Virus record (IMG/VR): IMGVR_UViG_3300010397_000005
Coordinates: 8,934 to 72,933 of that record
DNA from: a virus
DNA length: 64,000 nt
Direction: 5' to 3' (one strand)
Part shown: positions 18,550 through 29,242 of the stretch, in pieces
How the letters are laid out: every line of letters begins with the position of its first letter
How positions within the stretch are numbered: the first letter of the stretch is position 1
The notes under the pieces: model-generated
What the model was told of the DNA's origin: nothing
Seen by the model: the letters and a program-made list of their open reading frames with translations, nothing else
The model's database searches: none
Position numbers and translations under genes: made by a program

Positions 18550-18700
18550 ATCCGTTCTCTTTCATGTACTTCGCCAGAGCGAGACGAATAAGAGTAGAGC
18601 GTGACTCGCCTGTTTTCAACGCAAGGGCGCTAAGGTTCAAATCCATTGCCTCGGTAAGAAAGATGGTCGTGCGGACCATCCGTTGCTTAGTTGCCTTCAC
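18509..18700 (-). CDS. Ribbon-helix-helix (CopG-like) regulator
   Basis: MVRTTIFLTEAMDLNLSALALKTGESRSTLIRLALAKYM. Confidence 0.75.
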   Translation of the reverse strand: MKATKQRMVRTTIFLTEAMDLNLSALALKTGESRSTLIRLALAKYMKENGYDPNKRPRITVRH

Positions 18701-20037
18701 CGATCTTCCTCAACTTCTGGTTGCTGTGCTGGTAAGCCGCGATCATGTCCCTTCGCAAGGGCGTGTTCAATGTATTCTTCTGCTGTACAGACTGCTCCGC
18801 AGGAACAGTGATAGATCCGTGGTTGCGGGAAATAGCGGGAGATGATGGCGGCAACTCTCTCGGAGTCGTTCTGGTCAATGCCGCAGTAGTCGCAGATCTT
18901 CGTTGCGGCTGCGTTAATCCTGTCCTGCCTATTTCCGCAGACATGACTGCCGTCAGGAAGTACCATTTGCGGTGCCTGACACACATCGCACCAGTCTGCC
19001 TCTACTGCTGTAGTGGTGGGGGTAGTAGTGCTTGCAAGATACGACAACCATCGCTCGTGTTCGCCTTCGAAGTTCCAATTGGCGGCACGCTTAGCCTTCT
19101 CTCTTAACCATGAACGACACGTATGCCAGCAAGCGTGGTTGTCTCGCTTGGAGATCCCACAAATCGCGCAGTGGTATTTCGGGCCGTCTGGGCCGTCAAT
19201 CCAAACGTGTTCCACGTCGCTTGTGTAGTTCACCGGATCGGCTTCCGGTTGCGCTACTCCCATAACCACGCTTTCGCGCTCTCGATCCATGCCCGCTTTA
19301 GTCGCGCTCGGCGACGCAGGATCGACTTGCGCTTTCGCGGCGGCATTAGATCCAGAATCCACTTCGGACAGTGTTTGAGACACGCTATGCTGCTCGGATT
19401 GCAGGTTAGACATCTTGTCATCGTCACTCCATCCTATGAAATAGTTATGGTCCATCTGGCAGTGATCGCAATAGCGAGTGCGATACAAACGACGGGGTTG
19501 CGCTACTGGAGTAGCAGGGGCAGACGATACAGGAAACTGCAAGTCACAGTTTTTGCACTCGTACCAGAGACCAACATCGGGATCGAAGTCCGAGGTTAAG
19601 GCGCGACCACACTCAGGACACCTCGCGCCATCTCGCAAGATCTTAGGCACCTTCTGTTCCCCCGCCTGTTCAGTTGATGCAGGGAATACGCACTTGCAGC
19701 CGCATAGTGACTTGTCGAGATGCACGTGCCAGCACTCGCCGTTGACAACGTGGTTATGGCCGCACTTGAGACACTTTCGCTCCCCGCACCGCGCGCTCGT
19801 CTCGGTGGGGGCGGTGGCGGAAAGTCGTCTTGCTAATCTCCGCAGCTCAGCATATTGCTCAGCTTGAATTGTTGAACGACCAACAGAAGAAGCATCATGC
19901 AATAGCCACTTCTCACGGGCAGTCAATGCCGCGCCACCGTCTTTAACCAAAGAGAGTAAGTAGTCGGCTTCCTCTCGTGTGGGTTGAGCCGATTGATCTT
20001 CAGTTAGGCGTTTGCGGATCTCATCAATCGTGCTCAT
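18697..20037 (-). CDS. Multi-zinc-ribbon mosaic protein
   Basis: About six Cys/His clusters separated by A/P/T/S-rich linkers. Confidence 0.6.
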   Translation of the reverse strand: MSTIDEIRKRLTEDQSAQPTREEADYLLSLVKDGGAALTAREKWLLHDASSVGRSTIQAEQYAELRRLARRLSATAPTETSARCGERKCLKCGHNHVVNGECWHVHLDKSLCGCKCVFPASTEQAGEQKVPKILRDGARCPECGRALTSDFDPDVGLWYECKNCDLQFPVSSAPATPVAQPRRLYRTRYCDHCQMDHNYFIGWSDDDKMSNLQSEQHSVSQTLSEVDSGSNAAAKAQVDPASPSATKAGMDRERESVVMGVAQPEADPVNYTSDVEHVWIDGPDGPKYHCAICGISKRDNHACWHTCRSWLREKAKRAANWNFEGEHERWLSYLASTTTPTTTAVEADWCDVCQAPQMVLPDGSHVCGNRQDRINAAATKICDYCGIDQNDSERVAAIISRYFPQPRIYHCSCGAVCTAEEYIEHALAKGHDRGLPAQQPEVEEDR

Positions 20038-20231
20038 GCTGTTGTGCCTTTCACTTTCGTTAAGTCAGCGCTCTCAAGTATGTCAATCAGGACTTGGTAC
20101 TTCTCCGGCGGCAGCACAAGCGTCCAACCTAACTTATTGGCAGTCTTCATCAGGTTCACCGCCTTTCCTGCCACACTCGCCCGAGAATCATTCCACCAAC
20201 AGCAACGATCACGATTAGCACTAGCCAGCCA

Positions 20232-23200
20232 TTACTCATGTTCACCGCCTTTCACTTCGCGCTCGTAACGAACATCAATAATCACTCCCCGACACAGATC
20301 GCCGCCGTAGTAGTGCTTCGCCGTTAACGGACGCACAAGATCGTTTCGCCCACACGCACGACAAAACTTCATTGTCAACGTGATCGGCGGCTCTTTTGGA
20401 TCGTCTTCACTCACGACTTCTCTCCTTTCCTCTCTGCACGGGACTTCGGTTCGCTGTAGCCGAACTCCGACATGATCATCTTTACTGCTTTTTCAATTCC
20501 AACGACGTGCAGGTTCGGCCCGTACCGTTCAATCGGCAAATGCTCAACTTGCACGTCCAGCGATTCGACAAGAATGCGTCGAACTTTGCCGAGCTTCTGT
20601 TTGTAGGCATGTGGGTTACTGGCCGCCATCGCTCTCTTTCTCAGCTCGGGACTTGGACCAAGCGCGGACTTGATCCATTGCCTCTTCCAGCGTCTCGGCT
20701 TCGCAAGAGGGTGGTGACTGGCCGCTGCTAATATGAATCTGAACTCGACGTGATACGTTTGGGCTGTACGTGTCGATGAATTCTTGACGCTTGATTGAAA
20801 TGAATTGCCAGTCCTTGCCGACGCTCGGAAACAATTCTCGCAACTCGGCCAGCGCATCGGTGATGTCAGTACGTGTTTCCACGGTTTCTCCTTTAGTCAA
20901 CACTGCCAATTAGTAGAAATTTAAGTGCGCGTTGCACGTAGAACTTGCAGTTTTCGGTGTCATACACGGGCAGTCTCGGATACTTGTCATTGAACGCCAC
21001 AATGAAGTCATCCCACGTTTTCGGCGCTGCTTCTACTGTTAATCCTGTCTGAGCGCGGGGAGTGGTGATTATTCGCCTGAGAATCTCGTTTGCCGCAGAT
21101 TTGAAATAATGTAATCGTAATCTCTCGACATTGGATGTGGTATCAAGATCAAGCGCTTGTCCACATTCGTCGATGTAGCCGTTGATAATGCCCAACGCGT
21201 CCGCTGCTGCGCGGGGAAGATCGGCACGAGATTGCCACTTTGCAATTGCTTCTTCTCGCGTCAGCGCAGAGTGCCCGACTCCGCATCCGACAGGCGGCGC
21301 GGAAGGGCTTAGATGGATTTCGCAGCCAACCCACCAATATGTATCCTGTGTGCCCTTAACTTCCTTGACTATCGGAGGCAAATGTTCAGGCGGTGGGCCG
21401 AACGGGCACGGAATCAGTTTCACTGCTTCCGCTGGTTGCGTCTGTGGTTCAGTCATCGATTTTCCTCTCCTACCATGTAATCTAGCCAGTTTCGTCCGGT
21501 GCGCCCGATGCCGCCCTTCTTAGAGACGTAGACCCATATCCTTCTACTTCCGCGTGGGGCTCGTTCTATCGGCCCGTAGACACGGCCCTTCACGTGTTTT
21601 TGGAGAAAAGCCAGAGCCTCGGCTTGAGTTAGGATCTTTGTTGACTTACGCGGCTCTGAAGCAATTACGCCTTTATCGTCAGCGGCGCTTATGTAGTTCA
21701 GGGTGTTCATGTCTTTACGTACTGCAAGTAACGCGCCCCGCATCGTCAATCACTCGTAGCTGTGCGCGGTCGCAAACGACGAACGGGCCTTCACTGCCCT
21801 CGACGTTGTTTCTGCAAATGGCCGCATACGGTTTTTTCTTTGTGCCAACCTGCGCTACGATGTCTTCAACTTCTTTCACAACCTCCGCTGCGCGAGTCAG
21901 TGAACGGTAACGCCATTCTCCGACCTTCTGATCTTGCAGGAACAAGTCAACGTAAATCTTCACCTTGAAAGCTCCTGTTGCGCCTGTGGTGAATCATCCT
22001 TCATGGTTGCTACTTCCTTTCGAGTTGCTGAAACCACTTCGCTTCGCTGGCCTTGTCGCGTTCGGGATCTATTCCCCGATGTCGCAGCACTTCTCGCACC
22101 AGTTCTGCCACGGGTAACTGGATCGAATGCGGCGATAAAAGTGGTTAGGTTCTCAAGTTGCACATTTGCGCATAACCTTGTGGTGGCGTCAGCCGAGTGC
22201 GGGTATCTCATCACGTCGGCAATGGCGTCAATGCTCGCGCTCCCAGACTTCTCCGCTACCTCAAGCAGCGTCTTCAGTTCAGTGTCAGTCATGGCCGTCT
22301 CCAGTGCGTTGGCGTGTAGTAGACGTAGATTGCGTCTGGGCCGCAGTTCGTCCACCAAAGGCGGCTATGGAAGCAAAGCTTCTGCTCGTTGCGAACGCCC
22401 TTGCCGTCATCAATCTTCGTCATTAGTATGACATTCTCAGGTGGCGGCTCATCAGCGAGCGCGATCCACTGTTTGAGTTCACTCTCATTCAGCATCTGTG
22501 TTTCCTTGTCGAGCGCGCATAATTTCGATCACGCGGCCCATGAATATCTTTCGCTGGTTGCATCGTGTTTCGAAGTCCTGGCCATTCCCTTCACCTACCT
22601 CTCCGCTTACTGAATCTTCGGCAACCACTTCTTTAACCATGCGCGCGCATCCTTCTGCGTTTTGAACTGCTTTGAATCCTCTGTAACCATGTGCCGCATG
22701 ACCTCACAGTGATATAGACCATCGTCACGAACGTAGAAGTTGATCGCGCCAGTGTCGCCAGCGGTAGTCGCCGCCAACCCGCGTCGCAGGATGTCGAATG
22801 CGCGCGAAACACTAGAGAACATTTCACCGTCTCTCGGCTTGCCATCGGTTCCCGGTAACCCACTCAACATCGGCATCTCTTTTCCGTGCGGTGAGTCGTC
22901 AAGACGGAAGTCGAAGCCCTGGAGTGGCTCCAGCGCCTCGCGCAGTCGGCCTACCTCTGCAACCGCGTCGATTGTTATTGGTCCAAGAAACTCCCGCCGT
23001 TTCAGGAACGACGAATCAGCGTAGAAGAATTGGCCTTCATAGCGGACTCCGCTGCGGTTGTGCCCGACCCAGACAATCAACCCTTCCGCGATCGGCTCCT
23101 GACCCTCATCGCGCATGTAGTACCAGCCACACTTCGCGGGAAGTTCTTTGGTCCATTTCGCTGTCGCCTTATTGCTCATTGGGGTTGCTCCTACGAAAGC

Positions 23201-26200
23201 TCTGCTGGAACGCCGAGCGTGGGCCATTTTGCGGTCTTGCCCATAGGCCATCTTTTCTCGGCCCATGCGGCTATCTTTTGAACAACCAAACGCCCGTTAT
23301 GTTTCCATTCAACGGGGTAGACTTCTTCTCCGACGCTATCCATTAGAACGTCCCTGTAGATAAAGCGGACGTGCTCCCCCTCGTAGTTGGTATTCATCTC
23401 GGCTTCGAGGTGCTCGTGAAAGGATCCAGCATCGCCATATCCGCCCCAGCCTCCCTCTGGATGTGCGCTGCCACCTCCCGGCAGTTCATCCCAATAACGG
23501 AAGCGTGGCGGCCGTCCTCGTCGTGGTCCCACGCCAGCGGGGTAGTAAGCGCCGGAGGTTCGTTGAGACAGACGCAGACCGTCTCTCCGTTCCCAGTAGT
23601 ATCCAATACCGCCATGTACGGTAGAGCGATATTCCCACTCTTGCCATCCTCCAAATTCACTAAACGCGTTCTCGGTTGTAGTTGCCATTAAATTGTGTCC
23701 CTTGCTTTGTATCCATCGATCCACTTCTGATCGGGTACAGCGGTGATATGAGGCCAGCGAGGGCGTCCGACAGTTGCTAGATACGCTTTCCTGCACCGTC
23801 CTTTGACCAGCAAGCGTTCTGCACGTTCCCGCTCTTCTTGATATGGTGAGTACTGCGACCAAAGAAGGAAGTTAAAGTGCGTGCTGTGTTCCAGTGCGGC
23901 CTCAAGTGGGCCGAGCATGTAAATCCTGAACCCCAAATAATAAAAACCAAACGCGCCGCAAAGATGCGTCATCGGAGCAAAGAAGAAGTCCACCCAAAAC
24001 ACGCTGCGCTCGTGACAATAATCAAGCTGCTCTTTCTTTATCTTCCTGCGAGCGCGGGGCGGCAACGTGTAGTAGTGCCACCATTCACACGCTCGCCACA
24101 GACCAATCAGAGACAGAACGGCGGCTATCGGGTGGCCCAAAATCATATGCGGCATCATCTGCCACATCATGAGCGTTCGAAGGTGTTTTCTCGTCATGTC
24201 TTTATTCCCCTCCATCGAATCCCGGCGCAAAGACAGCAAGCGAATCATCGGCGTTGTCTTCAATATCGTGATAATGGCAATCGGCTGCCAGGGATGCGTC
24301 AGCGCGTAACAGCCGATCAATTTCCGCCACAATCAATGCTCCAGCCTTGGCTAGCCGCTTCAACTTGTCAGGCTCGGGATCAACGTAAAAACCACACCCG
24401 GTTTCGAGCGTGATACGCAGGGCGATAAAGTCATCCTGTTTTAGCAACGGTTCGTTGCCAACCCTCGCGTCATAAGGTAGAGCGTACAGCGCGGCAGCAA
24501 GACCCAACTCGCCAAGATCGTGCTCATCGTCGTGCTCAGGCGTGTAGCCCTTAACTTCAATCTGCCGTTTACGCTCTGTTGCGATAATATCGATTCCCGT
24601 TACCTTTACTTCGTCAGCCATCTATTCCCCTTTCCCTGCAATCACTGATCGGCTTGTTGAAAGTTCTGAGACACGCCGCATTCGGCGGTATCGGCGTGGC
24701 AGCACGTATCAGCAACGCAGTCGCACTCCTGCCCGCATTCGCGGCATTCATGTGCGGGCGTCACGTAGTTATCCTCCCTGCCTTTGTGTAATGCCACGAT
24801 CTTCTCAGCAAATTCGTCCCCGGCTGTGGCTTCGTACTTCAGTACATAGCTCTGCGGACAGTCGGGTTTGCGAAAGAATAGATACGCTTCCCAATCGCCG
24901 ATGCGATAGTGCGACAACAATCCGCGCACTTCATTCATGAAGCCGTTGAGATCCTGATCAAACATCTCCATTGCTTGCTCTTTGCTAACAGCCATCGTCT
25001 TTATCCTCACGCAGCATTCTTCCTAACCATTCTTCAAACTCTGTTTTCGTCCTCGTCGTCATCAATCTCCAACTCACAATTCGTACACCGTCCCGCTTCC
25101 AGATCCGCGCTCGTCAGTGTCGCGTCACAGGACCAGCACGCGCCGAGGTCGTAGTCTGAGCGGGGTGCGGCGATTCGGGTGCGGAGCTGTGCGGAGAGAT
25201 GATTGAAGTTGGTCAATAGTCAACCCCCAGAGCTTCACGTAGCAGTTCAGGGTAACGCTGCCTGAGAGCCTGCTCCTGTCGCTGCGTAACACTGAACTCA
25301 ATTGCGTATGCTCGTTTGGCAACCCGCAGCAGGCCCAGAGTCTCTTTTACCGTTAACGGCTCTGGTGGTCCCATCGTTTTACCCTCCAGCCACGCCATGG
25401 TTGCATTTTCCCAGTCGTCAAACTTCGTCTTTGTCATCTCTGAATCCTCTCCCTTCCCACGCGCAGCGTTTACGACAGTCCCCAAATGTACTGACCCCAA
25501 AGCGGATCAAGGCTCTCAAGTGCGGACATCGTTACGACGCAATTCTCGAATTCCTGCTTCGACTCATTCCACGGTCCGACCTTAACGCCTACGTCTTCAA
25601 GCACGCGACGGTAGTTGTCTACGTTTGACGTATTCTTGCAGGGCTGAATCCAGCCACGTAGCACAATCTCTTCGTTCACTTTGAAATCCTTTCTCGGCCC
25701 ACACGCAGCATTTCGGCCAGATCCTCATTCTGCAACCGCAACGTCTCCGTGTGCGCGTCAGCCCACCCCGTCGCATACCCCGCGCAGTAGTCGGCGTACT
25801 GCGGGTCGAAGTTATGCGGGGCGGATTGCAACTGGGCGATGCGTCGACAAACCGCCTCGACAAACTCGAACCTGTTCTCACAAGCTTCTTCGTCAGTGAT
25901 CCGATGCTTCTCACAGTCGTTCGCGCTCAGTTCTTTCACGTTCTGATCGAACACGTCGAATAGCGCCGCCCGAATTGTCGTCAACGAGGCGAACTTCTTA
26001 TCGTTCTCCACTGCATGGTCCGAGTCAAGCTTGCGTAGCTCCGTCAACCTCTCCCCGTCGTTCAGATCCGCTCGCGCTCGTTCGAGGACAGGTCCGGCAA
26101 GGGCGACAAACTCAGCCTCGCTCAGTTGCGCCTGTCTCTGCTCGTAGTCGTTGGCAGCAGCACACATCACGCATGGTCCACCCGCGTTGAGCGTGCAAGT

Positions 26201-26430
26201 GTGCGAGTCGTGGGGGATAGGGGTGGTCATTGCAGGTCTTCCTTTCTTGGTGGTAACGCAGCGGTGACGAGATATATTGACGATAGCCAGCTTCTAATCG
26301 CCAGCATCGGACCAGCGGAACCTAACGCAACCACCAATCCCCACGCTGCGCTGTTAGTTTTCGCTGTGACAATAACCGCTGCCACTACCGTCATCAGCAA
26401 TCCGATTCTTTCATCGACCGTGATCTTCAT
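20232..26430 (-). CDS. Dense run of small early hypothetical genes
   Basis: Abutting minus-strand ORFs with RBSs (e.g. 20232-20414, 20893-21456, 21453-21749, 21715-21963, 22289-22495, 24642-25010, 25470-25679, 25676-26230, 26227-26430). Individual starts uncertain. Confidence 0.5.
24202..24621 (-). CDS. Conserved phage hypothetical protein
   Basis: IATERKRQIEVKGYTPEHDDEH..GEL..AA..YA...LAKAGALIVAEIDRL is a widespread phage family pattern. Confidence 0.75.
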   Translation of the reverse strand: MADEVKVTGIDIIATERKRQIEVKGYTPEHDDEHDLGELGLAAALYALPYDARVGNEPLLKQDDFIALRITLETGCGFYVDPEPDKLKRLAKAGALIVAEIDRLLRADASLAADCHYHDIEDNADDSLAVFAPGFDGGE

Positions 26431-26454
26431 ATCTCGCCTCCTCGGGTGGTGGGG

Positions 26455-26904
26455 TTAGTCGCCATAACTGGCAGCATTGCTTGGTATTTCTGGTTTAGTA
26501 ATGGCACGGTACACGTACGACACGATCCCGATTAAAATTCCTGTCACTATAATCAGATCGCCAATACTGAACCCTGCCCAGAGTACGTCGCAGAGAAACT
26601 GCAATCGGCTCTGCTCGGTCAGTGGTTTCCACCAGCGCGCGGTGTCGGTTCTCCCTAAAACAGGCATTCGTCCGCCGTTCACAGTCAAGGCGATAGTATT
26701 CAGTATCCCACCTGCTATGATCACAATGTTTTGTGGTCGGAACCGAAAGTAGCAATCAAGTGCTTGCCACGTCAGTGCAGCCACGAAAAACAGTTCCGCA
26801 AATAGTGCCCAAGGACGTACCTCCCATTGCGTAATGACAATCAGCGCGAAAGCTGACCATCCAGCAACTCGCTTTACCTGTTTTAGCTTTAACTGAGCGT
26901 TCAT
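26455..26904 (-). CDS. DUF5317-like membrane protein
   Basis: GGILNTIALTVNGGRMPV...LQFLCDV...FSIGDLII with 3-4 TM segments. Confidence 0.75.
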   Translation of the reverse strand: MNAQLKLKQVKRVAGWSAFALIVITQWEVRPWALFAELFFVAALTWQALDCYFRFRPQNIVIIAGGILNTIALTVNGGRMPVLGRTDTARWWKPLTEQSRLQFLCDVLWAGFSIGDLIIVTGILIGIVSYVYRAITKPEIPSNAASYGD

Positions 26905-27104
26905 CTCCTCCCCTTCCCTTTCGGCCCCGGCTTCGTCTCTCGATTGCGAATAATTCCCATTTGCTCAGCCGTGAACAGTTGATTGCGTCCGACAGTTTGA
27001 ATCGGCCCGAGGTGTCGGCGCAGGTCACGCGCAATCTGCGACACTCGTGCAGGTGTCAGCCTGAGCCGCTTCGCTACTTCCTTCGTTGTCAGTAGTCCGT
27101 TCAT
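26901..27104 (-). CDS. HTH DNA-binding protein (leaderless)
   Basis: LLTTKEVAKRLRLTPARVSQI; TTGACA-16-GATAAT (27138..27111) lies 6 nt before ATG 27104. Confidence 0.75.
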   Translation of the reverse strand: MNGLLTTKEVAKRLRLTPARVSQIARDLRRHLGPIQTVGRNQLFTAEQMGIIRNRETKPGPKGKGRR

Positions 27105-28236
27105 TGCTTCATTATCCACAAATGAAGTTATTTGTCAATAGTGATTGTGACGTAGTAAGCCGCAGCCTGATCCCCTCTATCACCCGCTCCGGCGCGGGGC
27201 GGTGAGGGCGGCGGTTGCTCGACAACGCATGCAGGGTTTTGCTAGTCCACGCTTGATACAGCTATCACCGTTGAGAGTGCAGTCCTTCGCCGCGATTTCC
27301 GCTACCGTTTCCACCAGTCGCGGCACGGCGTTATGATCCGCCACGATCTGTTCAGCGTCCTCTTTGCGATAAATGTCGGCGACTATCTCCTGTCCGGTGG
27401 CGTCAACGACGCGCCAACCGTGTATTGGCATCGCTTCGACGCGCCACTCCCCGGTCTCCGGCGCGGGTTGCGTCGGTTCCGTCTGTTGTTCATTGCTCTC
27501 CGCAGCGTCAATCGCTTCATACGCGGCGTCTTCATCTATCTTTGCAAGTTGCTTCTTAGTCAACGGTGTCATTGTTTTGAGCTCCTTTCCAAGTTGCGGT
27601 CCGATGAGTTGAGTTAGTTGAATGAAATCTCGTCCTTGTTGTCGAATAGTGGTTTGTTGTCTTGTTCGTTGTCGCGATAGCAGTCGCAACCCATCGGCAC
27701 GAACATGTGTCCGTCGTAGTAGCCGTGCTCGTTTTCCGGTTGGCCGCACCAGCAAGTATCAGGATCGATCATCTGACCGCACTGCGAGCACTTTAAGTGC
27801 GGATCTGGAAACTCACCGCTCATCCTTCCCCGTCCTTTCGTGGCTGGGTGCTGCGAATTTCAGCGAGCATTGCTTGTTTCTCTTTCTCTAATTTCTTTGG
27901 ATCAACGCCGATGAATAAGCCGATAATCTCAGCCGGACGCTCACGGATAGGCCATAGCCGTTGAGAGTCGTCGTCAAACTTGGCGATCTCCCAGCCTTGC
28001 TCCTGTGTGAGAAAGTCATAGAACTCGCTTAGTAAGCCTACGTCTCGTTGATGAGCTTTCAATTTCTCATGCTCGGGATACTTCTGTTTCGTTGCTGCTT
28101 TTGACATCGTCCTTCTCCTTCTCAATCTTCTCACTCTCCCGCCGCACTGCCTCCAGCAGCGACTCAACTTCGTGCCACTGCTGGCAACCGGAGCAGTAGA
28201 AGGTTTGCTTAGGCGTGGTCTGATCGGTGGCTGTGG

Positions 28237-29061
28237 TCATTGTCTGATCTCCTTGCGTTTTACGATCTTGAACTGCGCCATGATGGCGTCAAACTCCGCT
28301 CTCTGATCCTCGTTCAAACAATCCATACAATTTCCCTCGTACAAAGGGATCTTCTCAAGTTTGCAGACAGCGCATACACTTGGCCCATCCGGTTGACCTA
28401 GAACTACTGTCGGGCTCTCGCATTCTGGTGAGCAAAAGGACTGCCACCACTGCTTTTGCAGGAATAGAACCTCGCAACGAGCGCAGCGTCGTTCCTCGCA
28501 ACTGTATTTAATATCCCACCTATCGCTCCAGTTTGACTCATGCGCCTCGGTCCACTCCTCTTTGACTTGTCTGATAGCCCTGTTCGCAACCTTCCAGATT
28601 TTCAACCGCTCGCAGTTTCCGCAAAGCGTGCGCTTGTAGCTTTTTGGGATTCGGTAAGCACACTCTGAGCAACGTCGCTCTTTGGGTGAGCTGGTTCCCT
28701 TTGGAAAAGATTTGTTATAGGATGGCTGAAACAGGGCGATCATAGCCGACTCGAAACTAGCTGCGACTTCACGGTTGGGAAAGAACCAGAAGTCGAAATG
28801 ATCGCCTTCCCTTACATCGTCAGCCTTGTCAATAACATCGTGATTATAGAACGGACGTCGATAACCCTTCGCGGTGACGCCGATGTATAGATATCTCTCA
28901 TTTCGCCTCCATCCGTAGACCGCGAACGCTCTCCAGTTCGGCATTCCGGCCAGCGTTAAATCCGGTTTTTGCATTCTCAGGTTTCTCCTCCCGTTTGCGA
29001 GGATGCGCCTGATCCCATGCCAGCCAGCGGCAATTGGGCGAGCAGTAGTTTTGCTTCTCAC
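28237..29061 (-). CDS. GIY-YIG-like nuclease with C-terminal zinc ribbons
   Basis: AVYGW...YLYIG...R...FESAMIALFQPSYN; CxxC pairs. True start probably internal (MQKPD). Confidence 0.65.
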   Translation of the reverse strand: MRSKTTARPIAAGWHGIRRILANGRRNLRMQKPDLTLAGMPNWRAFAVYGWRRNERYLYIGVTAKGYRRPFYNHDVIDKADDVREGDHFDFWFFPNREVAASFESAMIALFQPSYNKSFPKGTSSPKERRCSECAYRIPKSYKRTLCGNCERLKIWKVANRAIRQVKEEWTEAHESNWSDRWDIKYSCEERRCARCEVLFLQKQWWQSFCSPECESPTVVLGQPDGPSVCAVCKLEKIPLYEGNCMDCLNEDQRAEFDAIMAQFKIVKRKEIRQ

Positions 29062-29152
29062 GACCCGTCTCGAAGGATTTACCGCACTTTTCCCACTGAC
29101 AGGTCTTTCTCAATCTCGGCTTTGGCTTGTAGCGACCCATAGACATCCTCAA
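28898..29152 (-). CDS. Small zinc-finger protein
   Basis: CQWEKCGKSF...QNYCSPNCR. Confidence 0.6.
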   Translation of the reverse strand: MRMSMGRYKPKPRLRKTCQWEKCGKSFETGREKQNYCSPNCRWLAWDQAHPRKREEKPENAKTGFNAGRNAELESVRGLRMEAK

Positions 29153-29159
29153 ATTTGAA

Positions 29160-29213
29160 TTGCAACGCTTATTTCCGTGGAGGCATTATACCTAGCATCA
29201 CAAGCGTTTGCAA
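29160..29213 (-). promoter_or_regulatory. Sigma70 promoter flanked by an inverted repeat (possible operator)
   Basis: TTGCAA-17-TATAAT (29213..29185); TTGCAACGCTT 29160-29170 versus AAGCGTTTGCAA 29202-29213. Confidence 0.65.
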
Positions 29214-29242
29214 GCGGAAGTTTCCCATTTGCTAGTCTCGCC

